A stretch of 64,000 nucleotides of DNA, taken from NCBI GenBank assembly GCA_905200615.1, contig CAJKLB010000001.1, forward strand, positions 4,543-68,542, given 5' to 3'. A program made the position numbers and the translations under genes. Below the pieces are notes generated by a model. That model searched no databases. It saw nothing but the letters and a program-made list of their open reading frames with translations, and had not been told where the DNA came from. Position 1 is the stretch's first letter, and each line of letters opens with the position of its first letter. This document shows, piece by piece, positions 26,069-35,572 of the stretch. This DNA comes from an uncultured Selenomonadales bacterium. GTDB lineage: Bacteria > Bacillota > Clostridia > Christensenellales > QALW01.

Positions 26069-26809
26069 ATGGGAAAATCAGATATCAAAAGAGTATTAGG
26101 GTCTATCCGCCGAGCGGATGAAAAATTCGGTATGATACAAAGCGGCGATAAAATTGCCGTAGGCGTTTCCGGAGGAAAAGACAGTCTTTTACTTTTGTTC
26201 GCGCTTTCTATTTACAAAAAATTCTGCAAAAAAGATTTTTCACTTTTTGCCGTTACCGTTTCCTTAGGCTTGGAACCGTTTGATACCACAGCCGTTGAAC
26301 AATTTTCAAACTCTCTGGGCATCCCTTACACCAGAACAGACTCGGATATCGGTAATATTGTATTTCATATTCGCAAAGAAAAAAACCCCTGCGCGCTTTG
26401 CGCGAACATGCGCCGCGGCGCGGTAAACAGTGCGGCCAAAGAGTTAGGATGCAATAAGGTAGCGCTGGCCCATCATCGTGATGACGCCATTGAAACGCTG
26501 CTGATGAGTCTTTTTTTTGAAGGGCGCATGAATACGTTTGCACCGGTAACCTATCTTTCCCGTCAGGATTTAACGGTAATCCGTCCCTTTCTCTATGTGC
26601 CCGAAGAAATCATTGCCGCCGTTGCGCAAAATAACGCGCTTCCGGTGATTCCCTCGCCCTGCCCGGTAAACGGCAAAACCAAACGACAGGATATCAAGGA
26701 TCTGTTGTCCTCTCTCTCGGCACAGTTTCCCGATATCCATGAAAAATTGCTGCACGCGCTGGACAATACGGAAAAATATAATCTGTGGGACAAGTATGTA
26801 AAAAAATAA
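26069..26809 (+). CDS. PP-loop ATPase, tRNA 2-thiocytidine synthetase TtcA family
   Basis: I place the start at ATG 26069 (AAGGAG RBS). PP-loop SGGKDS. CALCANMRRG and a SPCPVNG Cys motif are present. Confidence 0.75.
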   Translation: MGKSDIKRVLGSIRRADEKFGMIQSGDKIAVGVSGGKDSLLLLFALSIYKKFCKKDFSLFAVTVSLGLEPFDTTAVEQFSNSLGIPYTRTDSDIGNIVFHIRKEKNPCALCANMRRGAVNSAAKELGCNKVALAHHRDDAIETLLMSLFFEGRMNTFAPVTYLSRQDLTVIRPFLYVPEEIIAAVAQNNALPVIPSPCPVNGKTKRQDIKDLLSSLSAQFPDIHEKLLHALDNTEKYNLWDKYVKK

Positions 26810-27269
26810 AAAGCGAACCGTTAACCCCTCTTGTGAAAATTCTCTCGTTTAAAAATCAATCATTTTCGCGCCGCACTCTATCTGCGCCTATACCACTCTT
26901 GTATTTTAAATTCTTTTATTATGCAGTTTCCTACAAGGTGTTTCCGTCTATCAGAGAAAAGAAAAAACATACCGTTACCACCGCATAAAATCAGCTTTTA
27001 TATTAACAATCAAAAAAATTTCTTTTCTTTGTTTTCCGATTCTATGGAAGTCACACCATTTATTTTTCCCTGTTTCCCTGCAAACGCAGGCTTTTTCTTA
27101 AGTGATTTTTTCTTTAGACACATGGCGTTAAAATCAGATTAAACCTGATCGGAAATTTTATCACGAGAAAAATGCAAAAAAATAACCTGAAATTCTTTTG
27201 ATTGAAGTATAGACTTTCCCTATAAAAATTGCTATAATAAAATAAATAATTAGTAAGGAGTATAAAGCG

Positions 27270-27995
27270 ATGATAAAAGTAACGATTTGGAATGAATTTA
27301 AGCACGAAAGAGAAGAGGAAGCTATTGGCAAGATTTATCCCCAAGGAATTCATACGGCGATTGCCGAATTTTTAGGAAAAGAACAAGATATTACCGTTCG
27401 ATGCGCCACGCTTTTGGATCCGGAATGCGGTCTGACACAAGAAATTCTGGACGACACGGACGTACTGATCTGGTGGGGACATATGGCGCATCATATGGTG
27501 CCTGACGAAGTAGCGGTAAGAGTTCAACAGGCCGTACAATCCGGCATGGGGCTTATCGTACTGCACAGCGGGCATCATTCCAAAGTATTTAAGCTTTTGA
27601 TGGGAACGCCCTGCAATCTCTCCTGGCGTGAAAACGGAGATATGGAACGCGTCTGGGTAATTGATCCCAGTCACCCTATCGCGCAAGGTGTAGATCGTTA
27701 TTTTGAGCTGGAACATGAGGAAACTTATGCCGAACCGTTTTCCATTCCCGAACCGGATCATCTGGTATTTGCCGGTTGGTATGAGGGCGGCGAGCTGTTC
27801 AGAAGCGGGTGCTGCTATCATCGGGGTTACGGAAATATTTTTTATTTTCAGCCCGGTCACGAAAGTTTCCCTACCTTTTATAACAAAACCGTACAGCTTA
27901 TTATAAAAAACGCGGTGCACTGGTGCGCGCCGGTCATCAGAAAAGTAATTGACTGTCCGCAGGTAGAAAAAATCGGTACAACATCAAAAAAATAA
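27270..27995 (+). CDS. ThuA-domain (trehalose-utilisation-like) protein
   Basis: [10 protein letters not shown]...YPQGIH..., [11 protein letters not shown] and [12 protein letters not shown] are typical ThuA-like motifs. Confidence 0.75.
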   Translation: MIKVTIWNEFKHEREEEAIGKIYPQGIHTAIAEFLGKEQDITVRCATLLDPECGLTQEILDDTDVLIWWGHMAHHMVPDEVAVRVQQAVQSGMGLIVLHSGHHSKVFKLLMGTPCNLSWRENGDMERVWVIDPSHPIAQGVDRYFELEHEETYAEPFSIPEPDHLVFAGWYEGGELFRSGCCYHRGYGNIFYFQPGHESFPTFYNKTVQLIIKNAVHWCAPVIRKVIDCPQVEKIGTTSKK

Positions 27996-28050
27996 GTTTT
28001 TTCAACAGTGTATGTCATAGCTGATTCCATCCACAAAACGGAGGTTTTCT

Positions 28051-28869
28051 ATGAAAGCAAAAAAAACTTTTCTTACCGTGCTGTGCTGCATAGCAGTTTT
28101 CATTTATTTACTGGTTGAATTCGGCGCCGTGTTTTCTGTAATATGGGTCAATTCCGAAGCGGAAAAAATCGCGCAGCAATTTGATGAAGTTCTTGAACTT
28201 TTAGAGGATGACGAAGCGGTCAGCCAACTGGCATCTTCCATGACGGTCTCCGGTAAAAACAGCGCCGCATTAAGCGTCAAAGCGCGCCGGCTGAAAAAAG
28301 AGCTTTCTGAGGAAAATTTCAGCGGCTCTCGCGGAAAGGTGGAAGCGGCAGCGAAAGAATATCTGAACGGCCTGATTTCACTCATCGGCAATGCTTCAAA
28401 AAAGCTGAGTAACCAATCGGTTGTACTTTCTCTTTCCTATGACTATGTATATCTGAATCCTTCAGACGCAAAAAAGAAGCTTTCTTTTGCCAGACTTCTT
28501 GTGAAAGAAGTCCGCGATGATTTTGATAACGTTTCTGAATTTGAATTCTTTATGTCCTATCTCAAAGGAAAGAACGCCGGAATTGCTTATGTTTTTGTAT
28601 ACGAAGCTTTATTATGGAAACTTTTTTCCGCCATGGCCGATGGAAATCTTATTGTTTATAATAAAAATAATGAAGAGGATTTTTTTGATATTATGCTCCG
28701 TGTTTTTGATAAGCAAGAAGAAATCATTGATTTTTTGCAACAAAATCAGAAAGAATGGAATGTTTCCTCCACCGGTAGGCTTGTGATATTGAACAATAAA
28801 TTAAATCAGCAGTACTCCGATATTGTTCAGGAACGGAACGCGTTACTGGCACAGTTAAATGAAACTTAA
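28051..28869 (+). CDS. Hypothetical N-terminally membrane-anchored helical protein
   Basis: GGAGG RBS. One TM segment (FLTVLCCIAVFIYLLVEFGAVFSVIWV). The rest is predicted helical, and I recognise no family. Confidence 0.55.
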   Translation: MKAKKTFLTVLCCIAVFIYLLVEFGAVFSVIWVNSEAEKIAQQFDEVLELLEDDEAVSQLASSMTVSGKNSAALSVKARRLKKELSEENFSGSRGKVEAAAKEYLNGLISLIGNASKKLSNQSVVLSLSYDYVYLNPSDAKKKLSFARLLVKEVRDDFDNVSEFEFFMSYLKGKNAGIAYVFVYEALLWKLFSAMADGNLIVYNKNNEEDFFDIMLRVFDKQEEIIDFLQQNQKEWNVSSTGRLVILNNKLNQQYSDIVQERNALLAQLNET

Positions 28870-28966
28870 CTTTTTTGTCTACGTATCAGTATCAAAAAAT
28901 ACAGCAAATAAAGCGGGCATACGTAATACGGTGCCCGCTTCAAATCATCAATAGCATCCTATCTTT

Positions 28967-28990
28967 TGCGGCGGCAGCGCCGCATTTTTT
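28967..28990 (+). terminator. Rho-independent terminator
   Basis: Stem TGCGGCG / CGCCGCA with loop GCAG, followed by T6. It is preceded by a 9-bp hairpin at 28911-28940. Confidence 0.7.
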
Positions 28991-29211
28991 ACTGATAAAA
29001 CATAACCCAAATAACTTATAAGTATTAAATATTTGTAAGAACACAAAAAACAATGGCATGAATAACAAATCTGAAAATCTTTACTCCTTGAAATGGTTCA
29101 ACCCAAAGCTGAACGATTCAAACTGCAAACAAACCTGAAACCTGATTTTTGCCATGGTCCGCCGCATTTTGTTTTCCGCCCTCGGTGCGTCAGAAAAACT
29201 CCTTATAAGAG

Positions 29212-29236
29212 AAAAACCGCTTGATAAGCGGTTTTT
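29212..29236. terminator. Perfect palindromic bidirectional terminator
   Basis: AAAAACCGCTT-GAT-AAGCGGTTTTT forms an 11-bp stem. It is probably the terminator of the minus-strand gene ending at 29379, which would leave a 3' UTR of about 150 nt. Confidence 0.65.
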
Positions 29237-29378
29237 CAAGGACGCATGGGGTGGTGAGTGCAGTCCGAAAATCAACAATTTTCGAGCGAGCGGCCTCCCC
29301 GCCAAGAGGATATTGACTTTGTCGACACTCTCAAGCGAGGGATGTTTGCTCCCTCGCTTTACCTTTTATAAAGAACCG

Positions 29379-31712
29379 TTATACCGTTTCTCTCTTCTTT
29401 TTTGCCGTAACGATAATGCCCAGCATTACGCAAGCCGCAGCCGCAGCCGTAATCATCGCAACCGGCAACACGTCGCCCGTCGGACACGCCTGCGTGGTAA
29501 CGCCAAAGCTCAAGCTGGCTTTCCCCGTCGTTACTACCTGCGACGGTTTTTGTGTATCCATCGATTCCGTACTGAAGCCGTATACCGTCAAGCTGTCTCC
29601 CGCCTTAGCGTCTTTCAGCAACAGCAGCATAAACGGTGTTTTTACTTTGCCGTCTTTTTCGCTGGTTACCGTATCCGGACAAGCAACGGAAAGTTCCGCT
29701 ACCTTGCCTGCCGCTATAACCGTATCTTGCCCCGTAGCAACATTTGTCCAAACTGTTTCGTCATCAATACGCGCTTCCAGTCTTACCGTGATATCTCTGC
29801 TGCCGGTATTATAGACTTTTACCGTCATTTTACCGTTGCCGATATGTCCCGTAAAATTCTGGAATCTTGCATATACCACCGAGCCGTCTTCTATAGAATC
29901 TACTTTTATCGTGACTCCTTCTGTTTTGGCCGGCTCTTCAGGGGTTGTCGGTTGTTCCGTCTGTGTTCCTTGCGCTATCGTAACTTCATCTACATAATAA
30001 GCAAAAACCGTAGGCGCATCGGCCTTTCCGAACGCGCGGTTTGAGCCGTCAAGGCGAAGAATCAACTGATATGCCTCCGGACTTCCCGCCGCGTATAAGG
30101 CTGCGATCGTATTCAGATATTCTTCCGTAACTTTTACGGTTACCTGATATTGCTTCCATTCATCTGTAAGTTCTAAATCTTCTTTTACGCTGATATAACT
30201 GTTGACATACCCATTTCCCTCAAGCCCGCCGATTTGGCCTTCTGTATTGGCATTTACATGCTTTTGAGAGTTTAAAATAAATCCAAATTTGGTGTTTTCC
30301 GGCGCCGGACTATCGGTCTTTGCCCAGAAGCTGATTGTATATTCTCCCGCGCCTGCTCCGTTATATCCATTGGCTTCATCCTGAATGATTGCCGGACCTA
30401 AATCAAACGCTATGGAAGCATAGGCAGAATTTGAAGGCGTAAACTTAATGGCGTGAGCCGTTCCATTCGCGCCGCCTTCAACCCAAGCAATCTCACCTTT
30501 TCCTTGAGAAAATGATCCCCAACCTGTTGTGCCTTCTTCCGCGTTTCCGTTTGTTACCGTCATCACGGGGACTTCCGGCACATAAGGATTGTTTGCGCTT
30601 TCGGGAATTTGGGTTCCCAATGCCACGGTATAAGAGCCTGTACTGGTGGATAAAGTTCCGCTTTCAATTTTTTCGTTGCCGCTGAGTACAAAAACAGTAT
30701 CTTTGGGTAAATTAGTTTTTCCTTCAGCATCGGCAAACAAATTGATACGTATAAAATAATCACTGTACGTATAATCAGCCGATCCCCATTTACCGCTGGA
30801 CTCGGCTACTGTATATTGGGCCGGAACCGTTCTTTCCAGCCAAACGCTTTTCCCCGCGGGAACAAGAATATTGTCATCTTTTACCACCGCAATCCATGTA
30901 TTGCTTCCGCCCGTTAACGGATGCAAAACGCTGGGAACCAGTGACGCGTAGAAATCCGTTTCGGACTCATTGGAAATCATAACGCCAGCTGTTGCATCAT
31001 CTCCCGTGACATCATCGGCGGTAAGAAATCCGGTAGTCAATGTAGACGCGATATAATTGATGCCTTTTTCATTAACAACGGTAACCTGCGCAATCCCGGC
31101 AAGCTCTACGGTAACATCATCCAGATAAACTCCCGTTACTCCGGTAGCGGCACTATCGCTTCCCACATTATCAAAGCAAAAGCCCGGCGCTGTTTCCAGC
31201 GTGGCAAAGGTTCCCTCGTAATACCCTACCATGGTATACCAAGTGTTGGAATCCGTTCCTCTTTCCGCTCTGGTAAGTGCCTTTTGCACCGTCCCTGCCG
31301 CGTCTCTGAGCGTAGGACTGGCAATCAATCCGTCGGCTGCCGTAATTTTTTCGGCAGTTTCCACATAGATTCTGGCCGTAATTTTTACGCAGATGGCAGA
31401 CAATCCGGATTTTTCTACTTCCTCTCGTATCACATCGGCAATATTCAGCATCGGGGAAGCCCAGCTCTTACCGGGAATTGCAGCGTAAAGAACATCATTG
31501 TTTTCATTTTCCGGATCTTTTGCAATCTGCAAGTCTCCGCACTGAAATTTTGACCACCCTTCCGGAATCGAAGTCGCGCCGGTAAAGGCAGATTGCTCTT
31601 GTGTAAGAAGATTCTCGTTAAATTTTGCGGTATCTGCCGCAAAAACCGATATCATGGAAACGCAAGATATCAGCAATGTCAAAACGAGAACAGTACTCAC
31701 CGCTTTTTTCAT
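29379..31712 (-). CDS. Surface protein with at least two CBM4/9-like (galactose-binding-like) modules and a C-terminal hydrophobic anchor
   Basis: I place the start at ATG 31712 (MKKAVSTVLVLTLLISCVSMISVFA, GGAGAGGA RBS). The modules end in VYLDDVTVEL and AYYVDEVTIAQG. The C-terminus is ACPTGD plus a 23-residue hydrophobic stretch and KKKRETV. Confidence 0.6.
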   Translation of the reverse strand: MKKAVSTVLVLTLLISCVSMISVFAADTAKFNENLLTQEQSAFTGATSIPEGWSKFQCGDLQIAKDPENENNDVLYAAIPGKSWASPMLNIADVIREEVEKSGLSAICVKITARIYVETAEKITAADGLIASPTLRDAAGTVQKALTRAERGTDSNTWYTMVGYYEGTFATLETAPGFCFDNVGSDSAATGVTGVYLDDVTVELAGIAQVTVVNEKGINYIASTLTTGFLTADDVTGDDATAGVMISNESETDFYASLVPSVLHPLTGGSNTWIAVVKDDNILVPAGKSVWLERTVPAQYTVAESSGKWGSADYTYSDYFIRINLFADAEGKTNLPKDTVFVLSGNEKIESGTLSTSTGSYTVALGTQIPESANNPYVPEVPVMTVTNGNAEEGTTGWGSFSQGKGEIAWVEGGANGTAHAIKFTPSNSAYASIAFDLGPAIIQDEANGYNGAGAGEYTISFWAKTDSPAPENTKFGFILNSQKHVNANTEGQIGGLEGNGYVNSYISVKEDLELTDEWKQYQVTVKVTEEYLNTIAALYAAGSPEAYQLILRLDGSNRAFGKADAPTVFAYYVDEVTIAQGTQTEQPTTPEEPAKTEGVTIKVDSIEDGSVVYARFQNFTGHIGNGKMTVKVYNTGSRDITVRLEARIDDETVWTNVATGQDTVIAAGKVAELSVACPDTVTSEKDGKVKTPFMLLLLKDAKAGDSLTVYGFSTESMDTQKPSQVVTTGKASLSFGVTTQACPTGDVLPVAMITAAAAACVMLGIIVTAKKKRETV

Positions 31713-32048
31713 ATTTTCCTCTCCTTTTTTATCAATTATAAAAATCTGAATATTCAATCATAGTATACAAAGTGCAAAATTATTTGTCAATATATAATTC
31801 AATATTTATTCATATATTTTTACATTTTCCTTTCATAGGTTATTGCTTTAAACAATGACTTGAAGGCTCATCTCTCTTTTTCATGCTTTTATTATTTCTA
31901 TTTTATGGTATTTTCATAAATTAAAGACGGTAAAATATCGTTTTTATCAAGAATAAACCTTCTGAAGAACGCCGTATCTCTTTTCCTTTATGACAAAAAC
32001 TTTCTGTTTTCGGCTTTTTATTGACGGATTTCCTCCGAAGAAAATTTT

Positions 32049-32627
32049 TTAATCCCGATGCTCATATACAATAGCGCATACATATCCTTGATATAAAAAA
32101 TTCCGCAAGCGATATCCCCGCACATGCGTATACAGCGTTTGCGAGGCAGTTTCCACCGTTTTTATTCCGCCGCGCAAGCCCAGGCCGGTAAGTTTTAAGT
32201 AGGCTTCCTTAGCCGTCCACACCGAAAAAAAGCGAATAGAATTCTCTCCGATATACGCGCGTTCTTCTTCGGTACAGATCTTCCGTACCAGGCGCAGATC
32301 AAAAGGCTTAATTTCTTCAATATCCGCTCCTACCGGACCGTCATGTACGGCGCAAAGCACCTTTTGCCCCGAATGACTGATACTTACCTGAACCGAACTC
32401 TGCGGCAAATAGGGTTTTCCCTCCGCCGTATAGGCTAATTTCAGCGCCGCGGGCGGTTTTCCCAACTGCCGGGAGAGTAGCTGTTTGGCCGTGTAAATTC
32501 CCAGCAACGTACGTTTTTTTGCTTCCTCCGAAACATAGCGCTCTACCTGCCGTTCTGTTGCTTCCTCCCGACAAAGCTCTCCGATATCCTTGGGAAGATG
32601 ACGAATATCGGCAATTTCATACTTCAT
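32049..32627 (-). CDS. Sfp-type 4'-phosphopantetheinyl transferase
   Basis: I place the start at ATG 32627 (AAGGAG RBS). Motifs GADIEEI and FFSVWTAKEAYLKLTGLG are present. Confidence 0.8.
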   Translation of the reverse strand: MKYEIADIRHLPKDIGELCREEATERQVERYVSEEAKKRTLLGIYTAKQLLSRQLGKPPAALKLAYTAEGKPYLPQSSVQVSISHSGQKVLCAVHDGPVGADIEEIKPFDLRLVRKICTEEERAYIGENSIRFFSVWTAKEAYLKLTGLGLRGGIKTVETASQTLYTHVRGYRLRNFLYQGYVCAIVYEHRD

Positions 32628-32787
32628 TGCGTTTCTCCTTTTCAGCAAAACACTGCTTATATTATAAAAAACGGAATCCTTTTTCGTCAATACGCAATTT
32701 TATCTTGAAAAAACGATTGCAGAGGTGTATAATTCTTTATTATAAAAACTTTTCTTCATAAAAAGAAAATAAAGGAGCGTACAAAAA

Positions 32788-33600
32788 ATGAAAATCATAC
32801 AGCAAACCAACATGACCCCAAAGCAAAGCATGGGATATGAAATCATCGCTCAAACCGGACAGCTGCTTGTTATCGACGGCGGCTACAACGGCAACGAAGA
32901 GGAGCTGCGCCGTATTATCAAAAGCGCCGGCGGTCATGTGGACTTATGGCTGATTACCCATCCCCATTGTGATCACCATAACGCGGTGATCGGTGTTCTT
33001 TCGGATCCGCAGGGAATCACCGTGGATAAAATCGGTACTTCCATGCTGCCGGATTCTTGGGCAGAGGGCAAAAACGACGGAAAAGATCTACTGAGCTGGA
33101 ACCGTTTTGAACGTACACTCAGCAACGTCTTTCAAATCCGGGAAGGTCAGGTTTTTCAGTTGGGCTCCCTCAAAGTAGAAGTTCTTGCCGGCGCGAATCC
33201 CGATTTGGAGATGAACGCTTTTAACAACCAATCCTGCGTGTTCCGTATAAGCGAAAAGGATTTTTCTTTGCTGATTTTAGGCGATCTCGGTGCCGAAGCC
33301 GGACGCCGCCTGCTGCAAAAAGGCTATGATTTAAAAGCGGACGCCGTACAGATGGCGCATCACGGTCAAAACGGCGTCGAAGAAGAATTTTATCAAGCGA
33401 TCCGTCCCGAGTGGGCTTTTTGGCCCACACCCAAATGGCTTTGGGACAATACCCCCTATTTGGGAGGAGAAGCGGGTACCGGTCCCTTTAAAACGCCCGA
33501 AGTCATCGAATGGATGAAAAAATTGGGTACGAAAAACATCACCTGCTTTGACCATACGGTGATGTTTGATACCCAAACAAAGAAAACCGAAATCTATTAA
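32788..33600 (+). CDS. MBL-fold metallo-hydrolase
   Basis: The HxHxDH motif THPHCDHH, plus the later GD and HHG motifs. Confidence 0.75.
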   Translation: MKIIQQTNMTPKQSMGYEIIAQTGQLLVIDGGYNGNEEELRRIIKSAGGHVDLWLITHPHCDHHNAVIGVLSDPQGITVDKIGTSMLPDSWAEGKNDGKDLLSWNRFERTLSNVFQIREGQVFQLGSLKVEVLAGANPDLEMNAFNNQSCVFRISEKDFSLLILGDLGAEAGRRLLQKGYDLKADAVQMAHHGQNGVEEEFYQAIRPEWAFWPTPKWLWDNTPYLGGEAGTGPFKTPEVIEWMKKLGTKNITCFDHTVMFDTQTKKTEIY

Positions 33601-33613
33601 AACGTATTGCCAT

Positions 33614-33649
33614 AAAAAAAGAGATAGGCCGTTCCTATCTCTTTTTTTT
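33614..33649. terminator. Bidirectional terminator after the MBL gene
   Basis: AAAAAAAGAGATAGG-CCGTT-CCTATCTCTTTTTTT. Confidence 0.75.
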
Positions 33650-33866
33650 CCAAACCTCTGTTGAGCAACCGCAGTAGTTTCAATGCAAAGCTTTTATCCG
33701 TCGCATCGGGGAGCCCGAAAACGTACCGCCGGGACGTTTTCCGCCCCTTCCGCGCTCTTTGAGGCAAGATTTCGCCCTGTTAGAAAGACGAACCATTTTT
33801 TTGACCTACCCCACCGTCTAAAAAAAGATGGACCAAAATTTTTTTGTGTAACTTTTCTGACTTTTT

Positions 33867-33895
33867 GAAGAGATAAACCGTTCTTATCTCTTTTC
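33867..33895 (+). terminator. Second, near-duplicate terminator-like hairpin
   Basis: GAAGAGATAA-ACCGTTC-TTATCTCTTTTC. Its stem and loop are related to the hairpin at 33614-33649. Confidence 0.45.
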
Positions 33896-33928
33896 TTTAC
33901 ACCAGGATATAAATTCATCCCGCACCGG

Positions 33929-35572
33929 TTATACCTCCAAGGCAATCAGCCCATGCACATCTTGCTGCAAAAGCGTGCTTTGTCCTTGAAAATAGCGGTA
34001 TAAATCAAACCGTTTATTTTCTTTTTTCACGCAATAATAAATCTCGCTCATATCCGCGTTCACAATAGGCGCGCTCATATATGAGGAGGATACATTTTCC
34101 GCAACCATAACGCTCTCTCCCCCCAGGGAAAGCATCAGCGTGCCGCTGGTTTGAGCTGAATTTTCACCGATTTCAATTCCGGCAAAATACAGCGCGCTTT
34201 TTCCGTCATTGGAAAGTACGCTTTGCGCGCTGTACGTTCGGTATTCACTGTTGTATACCGTTCCAGCGTCGCCGCAGAGCAGCCGGTTTTGGCCGTCCAT
34301 GCCCACGGCATAAAGTTCCGCGCCGTCATTTTGAGGATTCTTAATATACGTAGCCGTATCGCTGAGCTCATAATAAGTAAGATTTTCCACATAGCCCGAA
34401 GCAATACGCTGCGTTTCAACCTGACCGTTTTTCCACACAAGCGAATAGACGGCGTTATCCTGCAGGGTCGCGCCCGGCGCTAAAAGAAAGCCGGTATTCT
34501 TTTCACTGTTAACCGCCACATTATAAAGCGTATCTTCATCGGTATTGCGCACCAAGCGGGTGGAACGGCCAGAAATATCACAGTAATAGATACTGTAAAG
34601 ACCTTCCTCAAAAGAATCGCATACACTGTATACGACCCCCTTAGCCGGATCAGTTACCGCGTCGTCATTAAAAAAACTTACATTTTCCGCAAGCGTTTTA
34701 CTGCGAAGTGTTTGCAGATCCACCGCAATCAGTTCCCCGCTTTTTTGATCGTAATCATAATTGCAAAGCAGATATACAATGCTCTGATCATCAGTCACCG
34801 AGGGATAATACACGTTTTCAAAGTTTTTGCTTTTTTTAAAATCCTGGGCAAAAATCTGATAGCTGTACAGCGCGTCATCAAAGGATTCTCCTGTAATTAC
34901 CGTAGAGCCGGTATCCGATATCCACATGATCGGCGCGCAGGATTCCTCCATGAGAAGGGAATCCCCGTTGTTTACGTCATAGCGAATCAGCCGGGAACGG
35001 ACCTGCGGATACGTATTGGGTTTTAATGCAAACAGATACTGTCCGTTTTGTGAAAAACGAATGGTATTTGCCGTAACGCCGTTATCCAACGGAACCGTAA
35101 CGCCGTTATGATATAAATATAAAATACCCAAGGTATTGCTGCCGTCCATAGCCGTGGTAAAGGCCACGGTTTCCATACCGGCAACCGTACGCCAGGAACT
35201 GACGCCCTTGCCCAAAAGCAGCGTGTCTTCCCCGTTAAAGAGATACAGCGCGCCCTCGGATACATAGAGCATCTTTCCCGAAGCGGCGTCAATCGCGTAG
35301 TCCGCCGTGTAAACGGGATCTTCCGCCTCGGTGTCATATACATTCTTGGCGGCAAGAATGGTTTCTTCCCCGCGCAAAAGATAAATATTGCCATCCTTAA
35401 AATACGGTACAAAAGCAATCTCTTCCTGCAAACAGTTGGCTATTGCATGCTCACCCGTGCTTTGGGGCGCAAAGCGTGTAGAAAAATACCAAACCGCCGA
35501 AAGCAGCGCAATCAAGCACACGGTAGCAAGGCCGGCAATCAACGCGGCCGTTTTTTTACTGTTTTTGGTCAT
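33929..35572 (-). CDS. N-terminally membrane-anchored extracytoplasmic protein, repetitive beta-rich (beta-propeller-like), unknown function
   Basis: Long ORF. The start is ambiguous: ATG 35572 (MTKNSKKTAALIAGLATVCLIALLSAVWYF) or GTG 35617. Either start overlaps the upstream gene's end. Recurrent ..LY.., ..YY.. and G..L strand-like repeats occur. I recognise no family. Confidence 0.55.
   Translation of the reverse strand: MTKNSKKTAALIAGLATVCLIALLSAVWYFSTRFAPQSTGEHAIANCLQEEIAFVPYFKDGNIYLLRGEETILAAKNVYDTEAEDPVYTADYAIDAASGKMLYVSEGALYLFNGEDTLLLGKGVSSWRTVAGMETVAFTTAMDGSNTLGILYLYHNGVTVPLDNGVTANTIRFSQNGQYLFALKPNTYPQVRSRLIRYDVNNGDSLLMEESCAPIMWISDTGSTVITGESFDDALYSYQIFAQDFKKSKNFENVYYPSVTDDQSIVYLLCNYDYDQKSGELIAVDLQTLRSKTLAENVSFFNDDAVTDPAKGVVYSVCDSFEEGLYSIYYCDISGRSTRLVRNTDEDTLYNVAVNSEKNTGFLLAPGATLQDNAVYSLVWKNGQVETQRIASGYVENLTYYELSDTATYIKNPQNDGAELYAVGMDGQNRLLCGDAGTVYNSEYRTYSAQSVLSNDGKSALYFAGIEIGENSAQTSGTLMLSLGGESVMVAENVSSSYMSAPIVNADMSEIYYCVKKENKRFDLYRYFQGQSTLLQQDVHGLIALEV

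Noticed and set aside
26810-27269. 460-bp AT-rich spacer with small ORFs (67, 73 and 79 aa) between ttcA-like and thuA-like genes
   Set aside because: The ORFs lack RBSs and have skewed composition. The only features are a weak hairpin (about 27075-27098) and a TGcTATAAT promoter for the ThuA gene. I could support nothing further.
29154-30044. 296-aa plus-strand ORF overlapping the 3' part of the surface-protein gene
   Set aside because: It is Arg/Phe/Cys-rich and low in complexity, has no RBS, and lies antisense to a strongly supported minus-strand CDS. It is a typical shadow ORF.
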